A stretch of DNA of 64,000 bases. Source: a bacterium. Lineage in GTDB: Bacteria > Electryoneota > JAOADG01. Below, piece after piece: positions 9,338 through 19,876 of the stretch (position 1 is the first letter of the stretch; every line of letters begins with the position of its first letter). Below the pieces are notes generated by a model. It was not told where the DNA came from. It saw nothing but the letters and a program-made list of their open reading frames with translations, and ran no database searches. The stretch lies in the NCBI GenBank assembly GCA_963681965.1, contig OY820579.1, forward strand, positions 3,264,001 to 3,328,000, written 5' to 3'. Position numbers and translations under genes: made by a program.

Positions 9338-12300
9338 TTGAGTAAAACTCCTTTCTTCACAGCGACTCCATTCACTGACCGAATTTGAACAAAATATACA
9401 CCACTGGAGAGCTTGGTTCCATCTAATTCGAAGCGATGCGTTCCGGCAGAATACTGTTGATTGGCAAGAATTCCGATTTCACGACCCAATCGATCGTAAA
9501 TGCTGATATGCAACTTCGATCGAATCGGCAAGGCAACCGCGAACGATGTCGTTGGATTGAACGGATTGGGATACAATTCCGATACCGAAAATCCCTGCGG
9601 AAGCGGTGCCGTTGGTGGTTCTTGCACATTCACGGAATTGACTTGAAATCGAACCAAAGTAGACACTGGCGTCTGCGGAGTATTATTCGAAGTCATCAAT
9701 CGAACATCGTACACCCCAACGGGAGCGCCGATTGCGCTATATCGCAGCGCAACACGTGAACTATCGCCATTGGCAACTTGACCGTACACCGGTGTCAATG
9801 TCAACCATCGATTGATATACCCCAAATTCACCAACCGGAGCGTATCTTCCAGCGACGATTGGAGCAAAATGGCGAGTTCCTGATTGCTGTAACTCCACTG
9901 ATCGATAAACGCCAATCCGCTCCCAGTCTGGTTCGTGCTCGTTTGAAATGAATGTAATGTCCGGGTAACTCCGGTACCGACATTCATTTTTACCAACGTC
10001 GCATTGTCCTGATACAGTATGTACAGCGGCATTCCATCGGCATCGGAGCTGTTCCATGACATCGCATAAATATGTCCGGTTTGCGGAATTTCCGCGATAT
10101 TCTCGCCGGTTCTCGAGATGACGTTGATCGGCGAACCGTTATCGGCTACAAAAAACCAATCGTCGATTGGGTCGTATGCAATCGCTCGTGCCGGCATTAG
10201 CGGGGTTTCAATCGTGTCGCGAATAACACCATTCGAATCGAAACCATACATGAATTGCGAATTCGAACCCCACAGCAACGAACCGTCAAATGCCAGATCG
10301 TTAAAACTGGTACCCGAAGTATTCGGTTGACGCAGCGAATCAATCAAGACACCATTCCGATCAAATCGGTAGAAATATTTCAATGCACCCAAGTTATGGT
10401 CGCCGGTTACCCAAAACTTATCCCAAGCCCACTCAACCCCGATCAGCGTATTATCGCCGGAAGCTCGACTTACCGGAATTGTCTGATGTGTCTGCCATGT
10501 CGTATCGCTATTTTCCGGTGGTTGTAGCGCAATCGACCAGCGCAATGTATCGAAACCGGTATTGTAGATGCTGAGCTGCGATAATCCTGTATCCCCTTGT
10601 GTTGCAGTCAATCGAACTGTATCCGTTGAAAGCGAAATCCGCGGTCGTTGCAGATAAACATTCACCTGCGTCGTTTCAGCGCTATCGACTGTCAAGTTCC
10701 GCAATCTGCGATTCAAATATCCACTTGCGGAGACTTGCAGCGAACAAGTACCCGTCCGTACGGATGGGAATAAAAAGTGACCGTTTTGATCGGTAGTGGT
10801 CGAGCGGCTGAATGGCGTATAGATCGATACCGAAGCATTCCGAATCGGTGTCTGCGTTAGCGTATCGGTCACAGTGCCTTGAAGATGACCATGCGAGATT
10901 AACGTTTCGAGGTAATTCAACGCATCCCAGATTTTCAGTCGACCGGCACCGAAAATATTTAACTGATGACTCGATCCCGATGAATCGCAGGTCATTTTGA
11001 TCGCTTCACACAGTTCCGCCGGTGTTGCATCTGGTTCTGCCGACAGCAATAGCGCCAGTGCTCCGCCCAGATGTGGAGTAGCTGCGGAAGTACCATTGAA
11101 ATTCGCGGTATACCCATTCGACAGTGTCGATGTCAGCACATCGGTAGGTAACAATACATCGGGTTTAATCAATGCTTGCATCGTCCCGCCGCGATAGGGA
11201 TAATCGCGATAGCGCGCAGGAAAGACACGCAACGGACGATCGGGAATTGAATCCCAGGCTGCCGGTCCACGACCCGAATACCACGGAACATTCAATCCTT
11301 GTTGATACGCTCCGCACCCCAATACCGAACTGACCCCGCCACGTAACGTCTGGCTGTCCCACAACCACGGTGGCGGACAATGACCCGGCGTCGCAATATT
11401 GTATGGGATCGGATAATTCGATAAATCGCTCCCTTGATTGCCGATCGAGTTCGCGTGAATGATTCCCGCGGCAAGTTCCATATCGGTGTTCTGACGGAAA
11501 ACGACATAATCGGGATCGTCGGGATATTTATAAGACAGCGACGAACTGATGACATCGGCACCGTTCTGTACCGCGTATTGTTGTGCAAACCAGTATGCCG
11601 AAAATCCACCATTGTAATTTCGCAGACACATCATCCGCGCACCGAACGCAACCCCGAGCGTGTCGGTACTGGTGGAACCGACGATTAATCCCGATGTACA
11701 TGTCCCATGTGATGAACCGGCAACGGGATTGTTGTTGTTCTGATCGAAATTCCAGCCCCAAGTGTCGTCGATATAGCCGTTTTGATCGTCGTCGCGACCA
11801 TTTCCCGCAATCTCATCCTGATTGTACCAAATATGACCGGATAGCGCCCAATGCGATCGTTCGAAACCAGTATCGATATTCGCGACGATAATCCCCTGAC
11901 CGGTATACCCATGTTCCCACATCTGTCGGCATTGAAGATCGACCAAATTCCAGCCGGCAAGATCGACTTCATCGATCGATTGCGGAACAACAGTGGTATC
12001 GGTATCGACACAATGCGTCCACGGGATTTCAGGGTCAAGATCCAAACTGCGCAGTTCTGAAAATTGCTCGAAAAAGCCGCGGAGCGCGCGGACTTTGGCT
12101 TCAAACGTGATGCCGTTACCCAACCACAAATATTGGACATTCTTCACATCGCCGGTCAGAGACATTTGGTGAAGCGCTTTTCGAATTCGTTCTTGCGTCC
12201 GTGCCGAATGTTCGATCATGATGGGAACGGTAATCGTTCGCCACTCGCGACGCGGCTTGTTGGCGATGAGTGGAAGCAAATCATCCAGTTGCAACTGGTC

Positions 12301-12459
12301 CCAAAGAAACGCATTCACGCGCAGAACTGAGTCCGGATCGGAAGCATCCAGCGCTGCTTGCATTCTGGGAGTAATACCTACTTTGGCAAACACAACAGTG
12401 CTTGTCAATAACAATAGAAATAGAATAGTAGTTCGAATTCGGTTCGAATACATGATCAT
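9334..12459 (-). CDS. Secreted S8 (subtilisin-like) serine peptidase with carboxypeptidase-regulatory-like domain and T9SS-type CTD
   Basis: Catalytic triad NIDTG / SHGT / NGTSAATPH; C-terminal YPNPFNPTT...SGVYFV...KKGVLLK. Confidence 0.9.
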   Translation of the reverse strand: MIMYSNRIRTTILFLLLLTSTVVFAKVGITPRMQAALDASDPDSVLRVNAFLWDQLQLDDLLPLIANKPRREWRTITVPIMIEHSARTQERIRKALHQMSLTGDVKNVQYLWLGNGITFEAKVRALRGFFEQFSELRSLDLDPEIPWTHCVDTDTTVVPQSIDEVDLAGWNLVDLQCRQMWEHGYTGQGIIVANIDTGFERSHWALSGHIWYNQDEIAGNGRDDDQNGYIDDTWGWNFDQNNNNPVAGSSHGTCTSGLIVGSTSTDTLGVAFGARMMCLRNYNGGFSAYWFAQQYAVQNGADVISSSLSYKYPDDPDYVVFRQNTDMELAAGIIHANSIGNQGSDLSNYPIPYNIATPGHCPPPWLWDSQTLRGGVSSVLGCGAYQQGLNVPWYSGRGPAAWDSIPDRPLRVFPARYRDYPYRGGTMQALIKPDVLLPTDVLTSTLSNGYTANFNGTSAATPHLGGALALLLSAEPDATPAELCEAIKMTCDSSGSSHQLNIFGAGRLKIWDALNYLETLISHGHLQGTVTDTLTQTPIRNASVSIYTPFSRSTTTDQNGHFLFPSVRTGTCSLQVSASGYLNRRLRNLTVDSAETTQVNVYLQRPRISLSTDTVRLTATQGDTGLSQLSIYNTGFDTLRWSIALQPPENSDTTWQTHQTIPVSRASGDNTLIGVEWAWDKFWVTGDHNLGALKYFYRFDRNGVLIDSLRQPNTSGTSFNDLAFDGSLLWGSNSQFMYGFDSNGVIRDTIETPLMPARAIAYDPIDDWFFVADNGSPINVISRTGENIAEIPQTGHIYAMSWNSSDADGMPLYILYQDNATLVKMNVGTGVTRTLHSFQTSTNQTGSGLAFIDQWSYSNQELAILLQSSLEDTLRLVNLGYINRWLTLTPVYGQVANGDSSRVALRYSAIGAPVGVYDVRLMTSNNTPQTPVSTLVRFQVNSVNVQEPPTAPLPQGFSVSELYPNPFNPTTSFAVALPIRSKLHISIYDRLGREIGILANQQYSAGTHRFELDGTKLSSGVYFVQIRSVNGVAVKKGVLLK

Positions 12460-12468
12460 GCCGCCTGT

Positions 12469-15400
12469 CTACCGAATAAGCAGTAGTTTTCTGGTCTCGC
12501 GAGATGAGCCAGCAACAACTTGCACGAAATATACCCCGCTGGGTAACTCATTCCCTCTTATCGTAATGAGCTGCCTGCCGGCACTTGCAATACCACTGCG
12601 AATATTCTGTACTAACCGACCTTGCACATTGTACAAATCGACTCGCAATGGTACCCGATTGGGAAGATCCACGATTAAGTTGGTTTCGGGATTAAACGGA
12701 TTCGGATACGGACCAATCAACTCAAATCCTCTGGGAACCCTAACAACCGTTTCGGAAACGGCATCGGGAACCCGTTCGCCGATCGATGGAGGATTGGTCG
12801 TGAACAAAATCGAATACGGGAAATTCCAATTTGGGTGAATCGTCTTACTGAAATATTGATTGTAGAGTAAAGTCATTCCGGATTGATTGCTCGGTGCTTC
12901 AATTCCTACAGTCGCCAAACAGGTTTCACCGATCGGAACCGATCGATAGGAAAACATAATCCGGCTATCGCCCGTCGACGTCGGTGACATTTCCGAATCG
13001 TAGATGATCGCCTCGAACGACACACGGATATCGGGTGTCGCTACCACCACGAGGCTATCCCATTGAACGATCAGTCGATTTAAACTATCGATTGTCCAAT
13101 ATACCGCCTGATTGGGCATTCCGGGAAACCAGAGATTATCCCAATACGGAGCAATCACATTCCACGGGTTGTGTCGATTCGGCAAAGTATCGTTCGAAGA
13201 TCGTGAAACCACGGTATCGGCGTTGGAAGGCGCCAACCAGCCATCGGTACAAACGACGACATTGGAATAAGTATTCCCGAAATACCGGAACACAAACGGC
13301 ACTTGCAGCATCGAAACGGCATTACCCGCTGTAAATGGTATGATATTGCCGTTACCGCCCCGACTCGGTGCCAGTTCGATCCAAGTGGGATCCGGTGCCG
13401 CACGGTAAATCGTATCGCTCGATTCGTAAGCGTAATAAGGCATTTCGGAGACATGACTGGGAGCCAGCGTGTCGAGCGATCCGCATTCGAATGACATCTT
13501 GATAGTATCGGTAAAGGTAAAATTCGTAAATCGTTGTCGAACGACCATGTTCATATGCAACGGATAATATGCCGGCAAATTACTCGCACTACGCACAACA
13601 TTTACAAAGGTGCTATAGCTATTTCGTTGAAGGGCAACGCGAAAAGTATCGGGAATAAAAGTAACCAGCGAATCGCGGCAGCTCGTATAGATCTCCAAAT
13701 TCGGTAGATCTACCACACCATCGTTATTGACGCTGAAAATAAAGGTCGTTGTTTCCCCGCGATCCAATCGGCGGTTTCCGCTGGTATCGAAACCCACGTT
13801 AAAAATCGATACCGATGGGATGGAAATCGGAATGGCAAATTGACGTTCCCCGGCATATTGGGTTTGGGTGTATGCGGAAAATGCTGCGACGATACTGGTT
13901 CGGTGATAATTACTCGGAATGACGATTGCATAATCCGACATCGTCACCGATTCATTTGCGATAATGGATGGGATCTGCCGTACCGAATCGAGAATCACCA
14001 GATTGGTATCGGGAGTGTGCAACACAATTCTCACATTGCTCACCGGCGTTGCCATGCGATTGTGCAGATATAGATTCAATCGTAGCGTATCGCTGGGAAA
14101 GATATTACCCGCAGTGTTCAATACCCGGATACTGTCGAATTGGATTGAATAGTTGGTGCTCGGAACGAGGAAACTGTCGATTTTCGCTCGTGCTTGATAA
14201 CCACTGATTGCATAATAGATGTACCGGTTATCGGTACCGAGATCTGCCGATACCGTCGCATGTCCTGCGCTATCCGTCCACCCCATACCCAAAGGTCCGG
14301 TCGTATCGTACAGCACAACCATTAAATTCGGATGGGGAAGTTGATTGACCGTGTTCCGGACGGAAAAGGTGACCGTTTGATATCCCAAATCGAAATTCTG
14401 TGGAACCGATACCGTGAGTTGTTTCGGTACACCCGCCATGACATTCAACACCGGATCGGACAGCGTGGTGTATTCGTTGCATTCGAGTCGTAGAATTTCG
14501 CGGATGTTCGGATCGTTGACAATATTGGCGCTGAAGCTGGAAAACATCTGCGCTTTGCCTGCCATCAACCCTAGGGTCAAGCCGTTGAATTTATTCCGGA
14601 ACCAGAATCGGTACAATCCGATATCGATCTGATTGTTATACTGTGTGTGTGTGTTGAAGGTCGGTCCGACAAATCCTACTGCGCCGAGATTCGTTCCCCG
14701 TTGCATCCACAACTCTCCGAAACAATTCTGCGCATCGAATTTTGCCACACCGCAGCCAATACCGGTTATGACGACCATCCGATTGAGATTATTAACCGAG
14801 GGAATATCGAACGAAGTATAATCGATTCCCGCCCACCCATTCGACCACCCTTGACCGCGGTAGTTGATCAATGCACGACCGGAACTCAAATAGGAATTGA
14901 TAAATTGTCCCGACGTCGCAGTAAATAGTGTATCGACATTCGATAGCCCCGCTTCCAACATCCGCTGTCGCGACCATCGGATCGTTTCGACTTGTGTCGG
15001 GGTCTCTTGATCGGCGCCGCAAATCGCTTGATTACTCCAGGCGAGCGTATCACTCCGCGCTTCGTAGTTGTGCAGGTTGGTGCATTGAGACCGTACTTGT
15101 GTGATACTATTTGCCGGCATTCGACCTAACAAAATATCCGGCATCGGATCGGGAAGATTGTACCAATTGGGTCCATCGAATCGGGTATAGCTCTGCTCAT
15201 CGAGATAATATCCCGGATAGGGCTGACCGCCGCTACCACTGGAGTAAAAGGTTCCCGGATCGTCGGTCCAAGACGTAGCAGTTGCCACCCGCGTCTCTTC
15301 ACCGATCAAATACACGGCATCCGGCGGAGTCGTCCAAGTCAAATAAGCGGTTTGAATGTACGATTGAAGTGCTGTTGAGCTATTGCCGATCACTGTCAAA

Positions 15401-16029
15401 TCGGTAACAATCACTTTCCATCCCATCGATTTCCGCCAGGCGATCCATTCACTCATACCCGTGATATAAGCGCTGGGCGAAATCACCAATATCGTTGGAA
15501 CCAGTAATTGATTGGCGGTCGGTGTGACATCCAGAAAGTTCGGGGTTAATGCCGTATAGAGCGGATAAAAAACACCCGATACGCCGCGTGTGAGTGGAGT
15601 GGGTGCCGCATCGCTATTCTCGAATCGAATCGTGATCGTGCCCCGCGATACATGACCGCTGGCGTACATCTGCGAGTCGAGCAGAATGTCGATTGCCGAC
15701 ATCCACAAATCACGCATACAGACCGGTTGCGATAACGTTACCGAACCGGATGCAAAATTCGTGGTGCGCGATACATAAGCCATTTTACCGCGTGGTACCG
15801 CGATTAAACAAGTGGCTCGAAGTTCATCGACAGTGGGAATTTCCCGTTGCAGATGTCTGAGATAGGGTTCATTGGTGACATTCCCTCCCCACGAGAGCCG
15901 AATACTATCGGCACTGGAGAATTCTACCCGAAACCCTTCATCCAGACCTTGCCAAGTGGCAGAGGCTAGCGATACCATGATTAGACAAAGTAAGAGTACT
16001 GTTCCAAACCGTCCCGCATCAGCATGCAT
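12469..16029 (-). CDS. C25 (gingipain-like) family cysteine peptidase with T9SS-type CTD
   Basis: WRKSMGWKV, YLIG, PDILLGRMP, INYRGQG, GCGVAKF motifs; YPNPFNP CTD. ATG at 16029 follows an AGGAGAG RBS. Confidence 0.85.
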   Translation of the reverse strand: MHADAGRFGTVLLLCLIMVSLASATWQGLDEGFRVEFSSADSIRLSWGGNVTNEPYLRHLQREIPTVDELRATCLIAVPRGKMAYVSRTTNFASGSVTLSQPVCMRDLWMSAIDILLDSQMYASGHVSRGTITIRFENSDAAPTPLTRGVSGVFYPLYTALTPNFLDVTPTANQLLVPTILVISPSAYITGMSEWIAWRKSMGWKVIVTDLTVIGNSSTALQSYIQTAYLTWTTPPDAVYLIGEETRVATATSWTDDPGTFYSSGSGGQPYPGYYLDEQSYTRFDGPNWYNLPDPMPDILLGRMPANSITQVRSQCTNLHNYEARSDTLAWSNQAICGADQETPTQVETIRWSRQRMLEAGLSNVDTLFTATSGQFINSYLSSGRALINYRGQGWSNGWAGIDYTSFDIPSVNNLNRMVVITGIGCGVAKFDAQNCFGELWMQRGTNLGAVGFVGPTFNTHTQYNNQIDIGLYRFWFRNKFNGLTLGLMAGKAQMFSSFSANIVNDPNIREILRLECNEYTTLSDPVLNVMAGVPKQLTVSVPQNFDLGYQTVTFSVRNTVNQLPHPNLMVVLYDTTGPLGMGWTDSAGHATVSADLGTDNRYIYYAISGYQARAKIDSFLVPSTNYSIQFDSIRVLNTAGNIFPSDTLRLNLYLHNRMATPVSNVRIVLHTPDTNLVILDSVRQIPSIIANESVTMSDYAIVIPSNYHRTSIVAAFSAYTQTQYAGERQFAIPISIPSVSIFNVGFDTSGNRRLDRGETTTFIFSVNNDGVVDLPNLEIYTSCRDSLVTFIPDTFRVALQRNSYSTFVNVVRSASNLPAYYPLHMNMVVRQRFTNFTFTDTIKMSFECGSLDTLAPSHVSEMPYYAYESSDTIYRAAPDPTWIELAPSRGGNGNIIPFTAGNAVSMLQVPFVFRYFGNTYSNVVVCTDGWLAPSNADTVVSRSSNDTLPNRHNPWNVIAPYWDNLWFPGMPNQAVYWTIDSLNRLIVQWDSLVVVATPDIRVSFEAIIYDSEMSPTSTGDSRIMFSYRSVPIGETCLATVGIEAPSNQSGMTLLYNQYFSKTIHPNWNFPYSILFTTNPPSIGERVPDAVSETVVRVPRGFELIGPYPNPFNPETNLIVDLPNRVPLRVDLYNVQGRLVQNIRSGIASAGRQLITIRGNELPSGVYFVQVVAGSSRETRKLLLIR

Positions 16030-16225
16030 GATTACTCTCCTGTTTGCAGCCCAGCTTCCAGCCGGATAGGGTCTGGTATTAAACCGCAGCATTTTTTAAT
16101 ACTAAAGCAGCTTAATATCATAATATCAACATATTATATAATATTCTTATAAACCTTCACACCTTATTCACTACTTTACGATATTGAATTGTAAATATCA
16201 ATATCCTGCAGGTAAATTTTGCGAT

Positions 16226-17317
16226 TTATTGTGATATCGGACGCCGGTAATCGCTATCGGTCCAAGCCTCGATTTCCGCCACCAACACATCAACGATTTC
16301 ATCTTCATTGATCTTTCGGATCGTCTCGCCATTTTTGAACAGCAATCCGGTGCCTTTACCGCATGCCACGCCCAAATCTGCTTCCCGCGCCTCGCCCGGT
16401 CCATTCACCGCACACCCCATCAGGGCTACATTCAACGGCTTGCGAATGTGGGCTACCCGTTGTTCGACTTCCGTTACCAATTTCACTAAATCGACTTGTA
16501 TCCGACCGCAGGTCGGACATGAGATAATATTCACACTATCGTTCTGAAGGTTTAACGCGCGGAGGATCGCGAATCCAGTCTTCACCTCTTCAACCACATC
16601 GGCGGTCAAACTGACCCGAATCGTGTCACCGATACCACTTGCCAGCAACGCACCGATACCGACCGACGACTTGACGGTTCCCGTTCCGATCGGTCCCGCT
16701 TCGGTTACTCCTAAATGCAACGGATAATCGGTCAATGCGCCAAATCCACGATAGCTTTCAATCATAAACGGAACGTCAGTCGCCTTTAGCGAAAATACCA
16801 CATTGTGATAATCTTCCTCACCGAGAACTTCCACTTGTCGCATCGCCGATTCGATCAATCCCTGCGGTGTAACACCGTGATACTTTTCGACCAGATCTTC
16901 TTCGAGCGATCCGCTATTTACCCCAATTCGCATCGCCAAGCCGCGTGCTTTCGCTTCGCGCAATACTTCGCGGAAACGCGACTGTTCACCGATATTGCCC
17001 GGATTGATGCGGATTTTATCGACAGCACCCGTCGCCATTGCATCCAGCGCCATCCGGAAATTAAAATGAATATCCGCAACCAGAGGAATGTGAATCTGTT
17101 TCTTGATTTCGGGGAGTGCCGCTACCGCTTCTTTGTCCGGAACGGTAACCCGCACGATATCGCACCGTGCCTGTTCCAGTCGAAGGATTTGCTCGACTGT
17201 CGCTTTTACATCGTGCGTATGGGTCATACACATCGATTGCACCGCGATGCGATGCTTGCCACCGATCGTCACATTGCCGATTTTTACTTCACGCGCTGTT
17301 CTTCGAATCACTCCCAA
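16226..17317 (-). CDS. ispG: (E)-4-hydroxy-3-methylbut-2-enyl-diphosphate synthase
   Basis: VQSM, PLVADIHF, RINPGNIG, RIGVNSGSL, HLGVTEAG, SCPTCGR, MGCAVNGPGEA. Confidence 0.97.
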   Translation of the reverse strand: MGVIRRTAREVKIGNVTIGGKHRIAVQSMCMTHTHDVKATVEQILRLEQARCDIVRVTVPDKEAVAALPEIKKQIHIPLVADIHFNFRMALDAMATGAVDKIRINPGNIGEQSRFREVLREAKARGLAMRIGVNSGSLEEDLVEKYHGVTPQGLIESAMRQVEVLGEEDYHNVVFSLKATDVPFMIESYRGFGALTDYPLHLGVTEAGPIGTGTVKSSVGIGALLASGIGDTIRVSLTADVVEEVKTGFAILRALNLQNDSVNIISCPTCGRIQVDLVKLVTEVEQRVAHIRKPLNVALMGCAVNGPGEAREADLGVACGKGTGLLFKNGETIRKINEDEIVDVLVAEIEAWTDSDYRRPISQ

Positions 17318-17342
17318 AACCGCCTCCAGTTATTCTCAAACA

Positions 17343-17496
17343 AAGCTGTCATCCGTAGTAGGGGCGGACCTCCGTGTCTGCCCGTTCTAGTATCTTTTAA
17401 TCTTTTCCTGATACCCAATACTTATCGCTTGACACCCATTTTTGTATGTACGTCTGTAAATATTAGGCGTCGCCTGATAACGGTTCATGACAACTT
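17343..17496. repeat. MITE-like element, copy A (REP hairpin within a terminal stem)
   Basis: Ends AAGCTGTCAT...ATGACAACTT; internal GTAGGGGCGGACCTCCGTGTCTGCCC; similar to copies at 26170, 30570 and 33093. Confidence 0.7.
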
Positions 17497-17573
17497 ATTA
17501 CTAGTGATATTAAAGATCAAAAGGGGCAATCGACCGACGCCCCTGAAGTAATACGAAATCCATATCCGGATAA

Positions 17574-18107
17574 TTATTGATTTCGATCCCGCTTTTTACC
17601 AAAGTTCTTGATGAATTTTCGAAATTTCAGATAAGAATCAAACAATGGCGCTGCCCAATGCGAGTCGGCAGTTTCATTCTCATCGATCACCACCTCATCC
17701 AAAGTCATGATCTCAACTTTCGATTCTTCAATCGCTTCTGGTGGCATCAAGCTTTCCCAGTCAACACTGTAGAGCCGGCTTAATGTGCGCAAAAATGCCC
17801 GAACATTAATTGATGGGAGAAAATCTCGACTGCCATTCTCCAGAGCAACTAGGTGTTTTACCGGTATTTTTGTTTGACGATGAACATCTTCTAACGACCA
17901 ATTCCGGTGCTCGCGTAATTCACGCAAGTTCGTTATAGGAAGTACCCGATCTTCAGGCAGATCGGCAAGGCGAAACGTGAGCTTAGCCGACTTCCGCGAA
18001 CGCACTTCTTTCTTCGGTGCGCTGGATTTCGGCTTGCTTGATGTCTCTTTTGCCTGTTCTTCCGAAAACAGATTTAATTGCTGCTTTCGGTTACTCTCGC
18101 CATCCAA
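17574..18107 (-). CDS. Helix-turn-helix protein (RodZ/HTH_25-like)
   Basis: LRELREHRNWSLEDVHRQTKIPVKHLVALENG...VRAFLRTLS. Confidence 0.8.
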   Translation of the reverse strand: MDGESNRKQQLNLFSEEQAKETSSKPKSSAPKKEVRSRKSAKLTFRLADLPEDRVLPITNLRELREHRNWSLEDVHRQTKIPVKHLVALENGSRDFLPSINVRAFLRTLSRLYSVDWESLMPPEAIEESKVEIMTLDEVVIDENETADSHWAAPLFDSYLKFRKFIKNFGKKRDRNQ

Positions 18108-18675
18108 GTTCTTGTAGTCCTTTGTACACTTTTGAGACCGGTAATCCCATCACATTGAAAAAACACCCTTCAATCCGCTGCACGTACCGCGCGCCAAACC
18201 CTTGAACCCCATAGGCACCGGCTTTATCCAAGGGTTCACCCGAGGTGACGTATGCTTCAATCTCATCTAGACTCATCGCTACGAATGTCACTTCCGATCG
18301 GTCGCAGATCGTGATCATCCGCTCCGATCCTGAGACGCCGATCGCTACACCGGTCCAGACAGTATGTTTTTGATCCGACATTTTCCGGAGAATGTGAATT
18401 GCATCGTTGCGATCGTGCGGTTTGCCCAACCATTCGCCCGATAACTCCACCATCGTGTCGGCAGCGATCAAATAGCGATCTTTCAGTGCAATCCGCGCAC
18501 CGGCACGATATTTATCGATTGCCAGGCGGACGACGTATGCATCGATCGATTCGCCAGCTCGAGCCGACTCGTCGACATCGGGAATCAGAATCGAATGCGG
18601 TATCCCAATACGATGCAATAGTTCCGATCGACGTGGCGAACCACTCACTAAGATCACACTTGTGTCAGACACCAC
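18091..18675 (-). CDS. maf: Maf family nucleoside triphosphate pyrophosphatase (YhdE-like)
   Basis: SGSPRRSELL, AADT, LGKP, EPLDKAGAYGVQG, NVMGLP. Confidence 0.95.
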   Translation of the reverse strand: MVSDTSVILVSGSPRRSELLHRIGIPHSILIPDVDESARAGESIDAYVVRLAIDKYRAGARIALKDRYLIAADTMVELSGEWLGKPHDRNDAIHILRKMSDQKHTVWTGVAIGVSGSERMITICDRSEVTFVAMSLDEIEAYVTSGEPLDKAGAYGVQGFGARYVQRIEGCFFNVMGLPVSKVYKGLQELGWRE

Positions 18676-19513
18676 TTCTCCCGGAAACCAGCGATAACAT
18701 CCCTAATAATAAGATCAATTTCGAGAGCATGGAAATTCTTTTACTCCGAGAAACATCTTCGATTGTCCATGAACCGGTGAAATAGATAATAACCGCTGCT
18801 AATCCAATTATCATTATGATTCCAATCGAAAATAGGACGCCATGATAAAATGATGAATAGATAAGCAAAGCGATTTCCAAACCGATACAGCAAATCAAGC
18901 CGATGACACCTGCGATAACGTAACGGAACGGCACCCTGATCGGCAACGTTTGGTAACCCGCCACTTTGTCGCCAGCAACATCTGCAACATCCTTCACAAT
19001 TTCTCTGAGCAAGAATCCGGTAAATGTCAAGACCACCGGCAGAATCAGCTTACTCTGATAACCGACGATCATACCCCCAAGTAGCGGTGCCCCACTTCCG
19101 CAGATTGCGACGACCAGATTGCCCCATCCGGCAGTACGTTTCAATTGTCGATTATACCACAACAATAAAATCGTCACGACCAGCGGAATCAATCGGGTTT
19201 CTGGAGGCAGCAACCATCCGATTGCACAACCAAACAGCAACGAAATCCACAGCACAACTTTGGCAAATTTATCCGATATCCGCCCCGATAACAGAATCCG
19301 GTCGGGGCGATTGATTTGATCCGAAATTCGATCCTGCAAATCGTTATAGATATTGCTGCCAAGTGCTACCAGCAATGCCGAGATTCCACCAAGAATCAAT
19401 GTCAAAGAGATTTCGCCGGGCGCGACAATCCACCCTCCGGTCAATACTGCGACAAAGGTAAACAACAGGTTCCAAATGCGTATCAATTTGAGAAAATTGA
19501 GGATTGTCTGCAT
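18665..19513 (-). CDS. UbiA-family prenyltransferase (DGGGP synthase-like)
   Basis: NDLQDRISDQINRPDR and REIVKDVADVAGD Asp-rich motifs; multi-TM. Confidence 0.85.
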   Translation of the reverse strand: MQTILNFLKLIRIWNLLFTFVAVLTGGWIVAPGEISLTLILGGISALLVALGSNIYNDLQDRISDQINRPDRILLSGRISDKFAKVVLWISLLFGCAIGWLLPPETRLIPLVVTILLLWYNRQLKRTAGWGNLVVAICGSGAPLLGGMIVGYQSKLILPVVLTFTGFLLREIVKDVADVAGDKVAGYQTLPIRVPFRYVIAGVIGLICCIGLEIALLIYSSFYHGVLFSIGIIMIIGLAAVIIYFTGSWTIEDVSRSKRISMLSKLILLLGMLSLVSGRSGV

Positions 19514-19583
19514 ATTTGCCTAAACGCATCGCAGACCCGATCTCGAGCCTGCGAATATAAGTCGGAATTAGCGTCCGAACGGA

Positions 19584-19874
19584 CTATTCATGTGTTGTGT
19601 CGGGTGGTGCAGTCGGTTCTTTTTTCTTTAACTCTTCCAAAAAATTCAGTCGGAGATTTGTCAACGTTTGCGTTAACATTCGCTGCTCGTCTTCGTTCAA
19701 ATTCCCCTTGGTCTTGTGCTCGATCATTTCCAGAAAATCGATCGCGTAGCGTGTCGCTTCATTATTGACGGGTTGAATTTTACCATCGGGTCCCGGCAAT
19801 TTGCCCATACTGATCATCGCAAGTTCGTTGTATTGATAGATCATCGTAAAAAACAAAGCGGTATCTTTATCCAT
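19584..19874 (-). CDS. DUF1844 domain protein
   Basis: AMISMGKLP...RYAIDFLEMIEHKTKGNLNEDEQRMLTQTLTNLRLNF pattern. Confidence 0.85.
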   Translation of the reverse strand: MDKDTALFFTMIYQYNELAMISMGKLPGPDGKIQPVNNEATRYAIDFLEMIEHKTKGNLNEDEQRMLTQTLTNLRLNFLEELKKKEPTAPPDTTHE

Positions 19875-19876
19875 CG

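Noticed and set aside
16100-16210. Repeated AATATC/GATATT motifs upstream of the C25 gene
   Set aside because: AT-rich promoter region; the short repeats cannot be distinguished from chance without comparative data.
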